A DNA stretch of 64,000 bases from contig MHTJ01000002.1 of the NCBI GenBank assembly GCA_001823065.1, positions 53,532 to 117,531 of the forward strand. The letters are read 5' to 3'. A program made the position numbers and the translations under genes. Shown here one piece after another: positions 63,712-64,000 of the stretch (its first letter is position 1; the number at the start of each line of letters is the position of its first letter). The notes under the pieces are model-generated. The model saw nothing but the letters and a program-made list of their open reading frames with translations. It was not told the origin of the DNA and did no database searches. The DNA comes from Candidatus Vogelbacteria bacterium RIFOXYD1_FULL_44_32. Its GTDB lineage: Bacteria; Patescibacteriota; Minisyncoccia; Phycocordibacterales; XYD1-FULL-46-19.

Positions 63712-64000
63712 TGACAATTTTAAAACCCAACAAGGATAAAAATATTTGGAGAGAAATTTCGTTACTTTTAGTGACAATAACCTTAGCAACGACTTTTATT
63801 ATCCCCACTACCGCCTTAGCTTTAGGACCAAACCCTGGCAGTAGTCCAACCACTCCTACAACACCAACCACCCCCACTACTCCTACCCCCGCCCCCGCTG
63901 TGGGTGGTCATGCGGGCCGAACTATGACCCCTGAAGCCCAAGCTGAATATGCCAAGAGAGTTCAAAAACAAGTTGAGGCTGCCAATGAGCCCAGTTTCTT
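63712..64000 (+). CDS. secreted Pro/Thr-rich protein; N-terminus in window, C-terminus beyond the window edge
   Basis: MTILKPNKDKNIWREISLLLVTITLATTFIIPTTALA then (PTT)n; runs off the window end. Confidence 0.45.

Noticed and set aside
1-64000. CRISPR array or cas genes
   Set aside because: No series of three or more regularly spaced identical 24-48 bp repeats was found. The 10-bp iteron-like array at 2511-2620 has no spacers. No Cas-like proteins were seen.

Overview
This 64-kb chromosomal window (~45% GC) looks like a small-genome, CPR/Patescibacteria-type bacterium. Genes are compact, Shine-Dalgarno sequences are weak, and there are many secreted or membrane hypothetical proteins alongside RNase Y, ComEC and a pilus-type ATPase.

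Backbone: recJ, a HIT hydrolase, pgk, tpiA, nusA, ppa, tig, clpP, rny, hup, a class-IV aminotransferase, a NUDIX hydrolase, the cca enzyme, a xerC-like recombinase, rpsO, pnp, comM/yifB, a lexA-dinB SOS operon, pcrA/uvrD and rsmA. There are four tRNAs (Gly-UCC, Pro-UGG, Gly-GCC, Arg-UCG) and many clean Rho-independent terminator hairpins.

Findings worth a second look:
1. A near-textbook type-III hammerhead ribozyme in the 5' leader of a CYTH-domain gene, just downstream of a 36-aa upstream ORF (30401-30596).
2. A phage-like accessory block at 0.9-5.0 kb: an unknown 440-aa protein preceded by eleven phased 10-bp iteron-like repeats, a T4 Imm-like superinfection-immunity protein, and an ImmA/IrrE metalloprotease paired with a membrane protein.
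3. A PilB/GspE homolog whose Walker A, Walker B and His-box are all degenerate, beside a 1039-aa secreted protein with seven tail-fibre-like repeats.
4. Three tRNA genes each trailed by a 130-180 bp mini-segment bounded by a direct copy of the tRNA 3' end, which are att-core-like relics. The window also holds a 34-bp direct repeat 8.1 kb apart, a shared 54-bp element, and two 40-45 bp perfect palindromes.
5. A GAAC-N4-GTTC LexA box embedded in a sigma70-like promoter driving a 64-aa arginine-rich ORF, then lexA and dinB. Immediately upstream lies a ~300 bp GC-rich, highly structured, ORF-free segment.
6. A GC-rich horizontally acquired islet of two paralogous small proteins under a consensus promoter, next to a membrane-anchored VirD4/HerA-superfamily ATPase.
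7. A secreted protein combining MopE-like Cys/Asp repeats with a C-terminal T4-type (GH24) lysozyme domain.
8. A 476-bp ORF-free region between cca and xerC with its own internal terminator, which may hold an ncRNA.

No CRISPR array, rRNA gene or intact prophage was seen.
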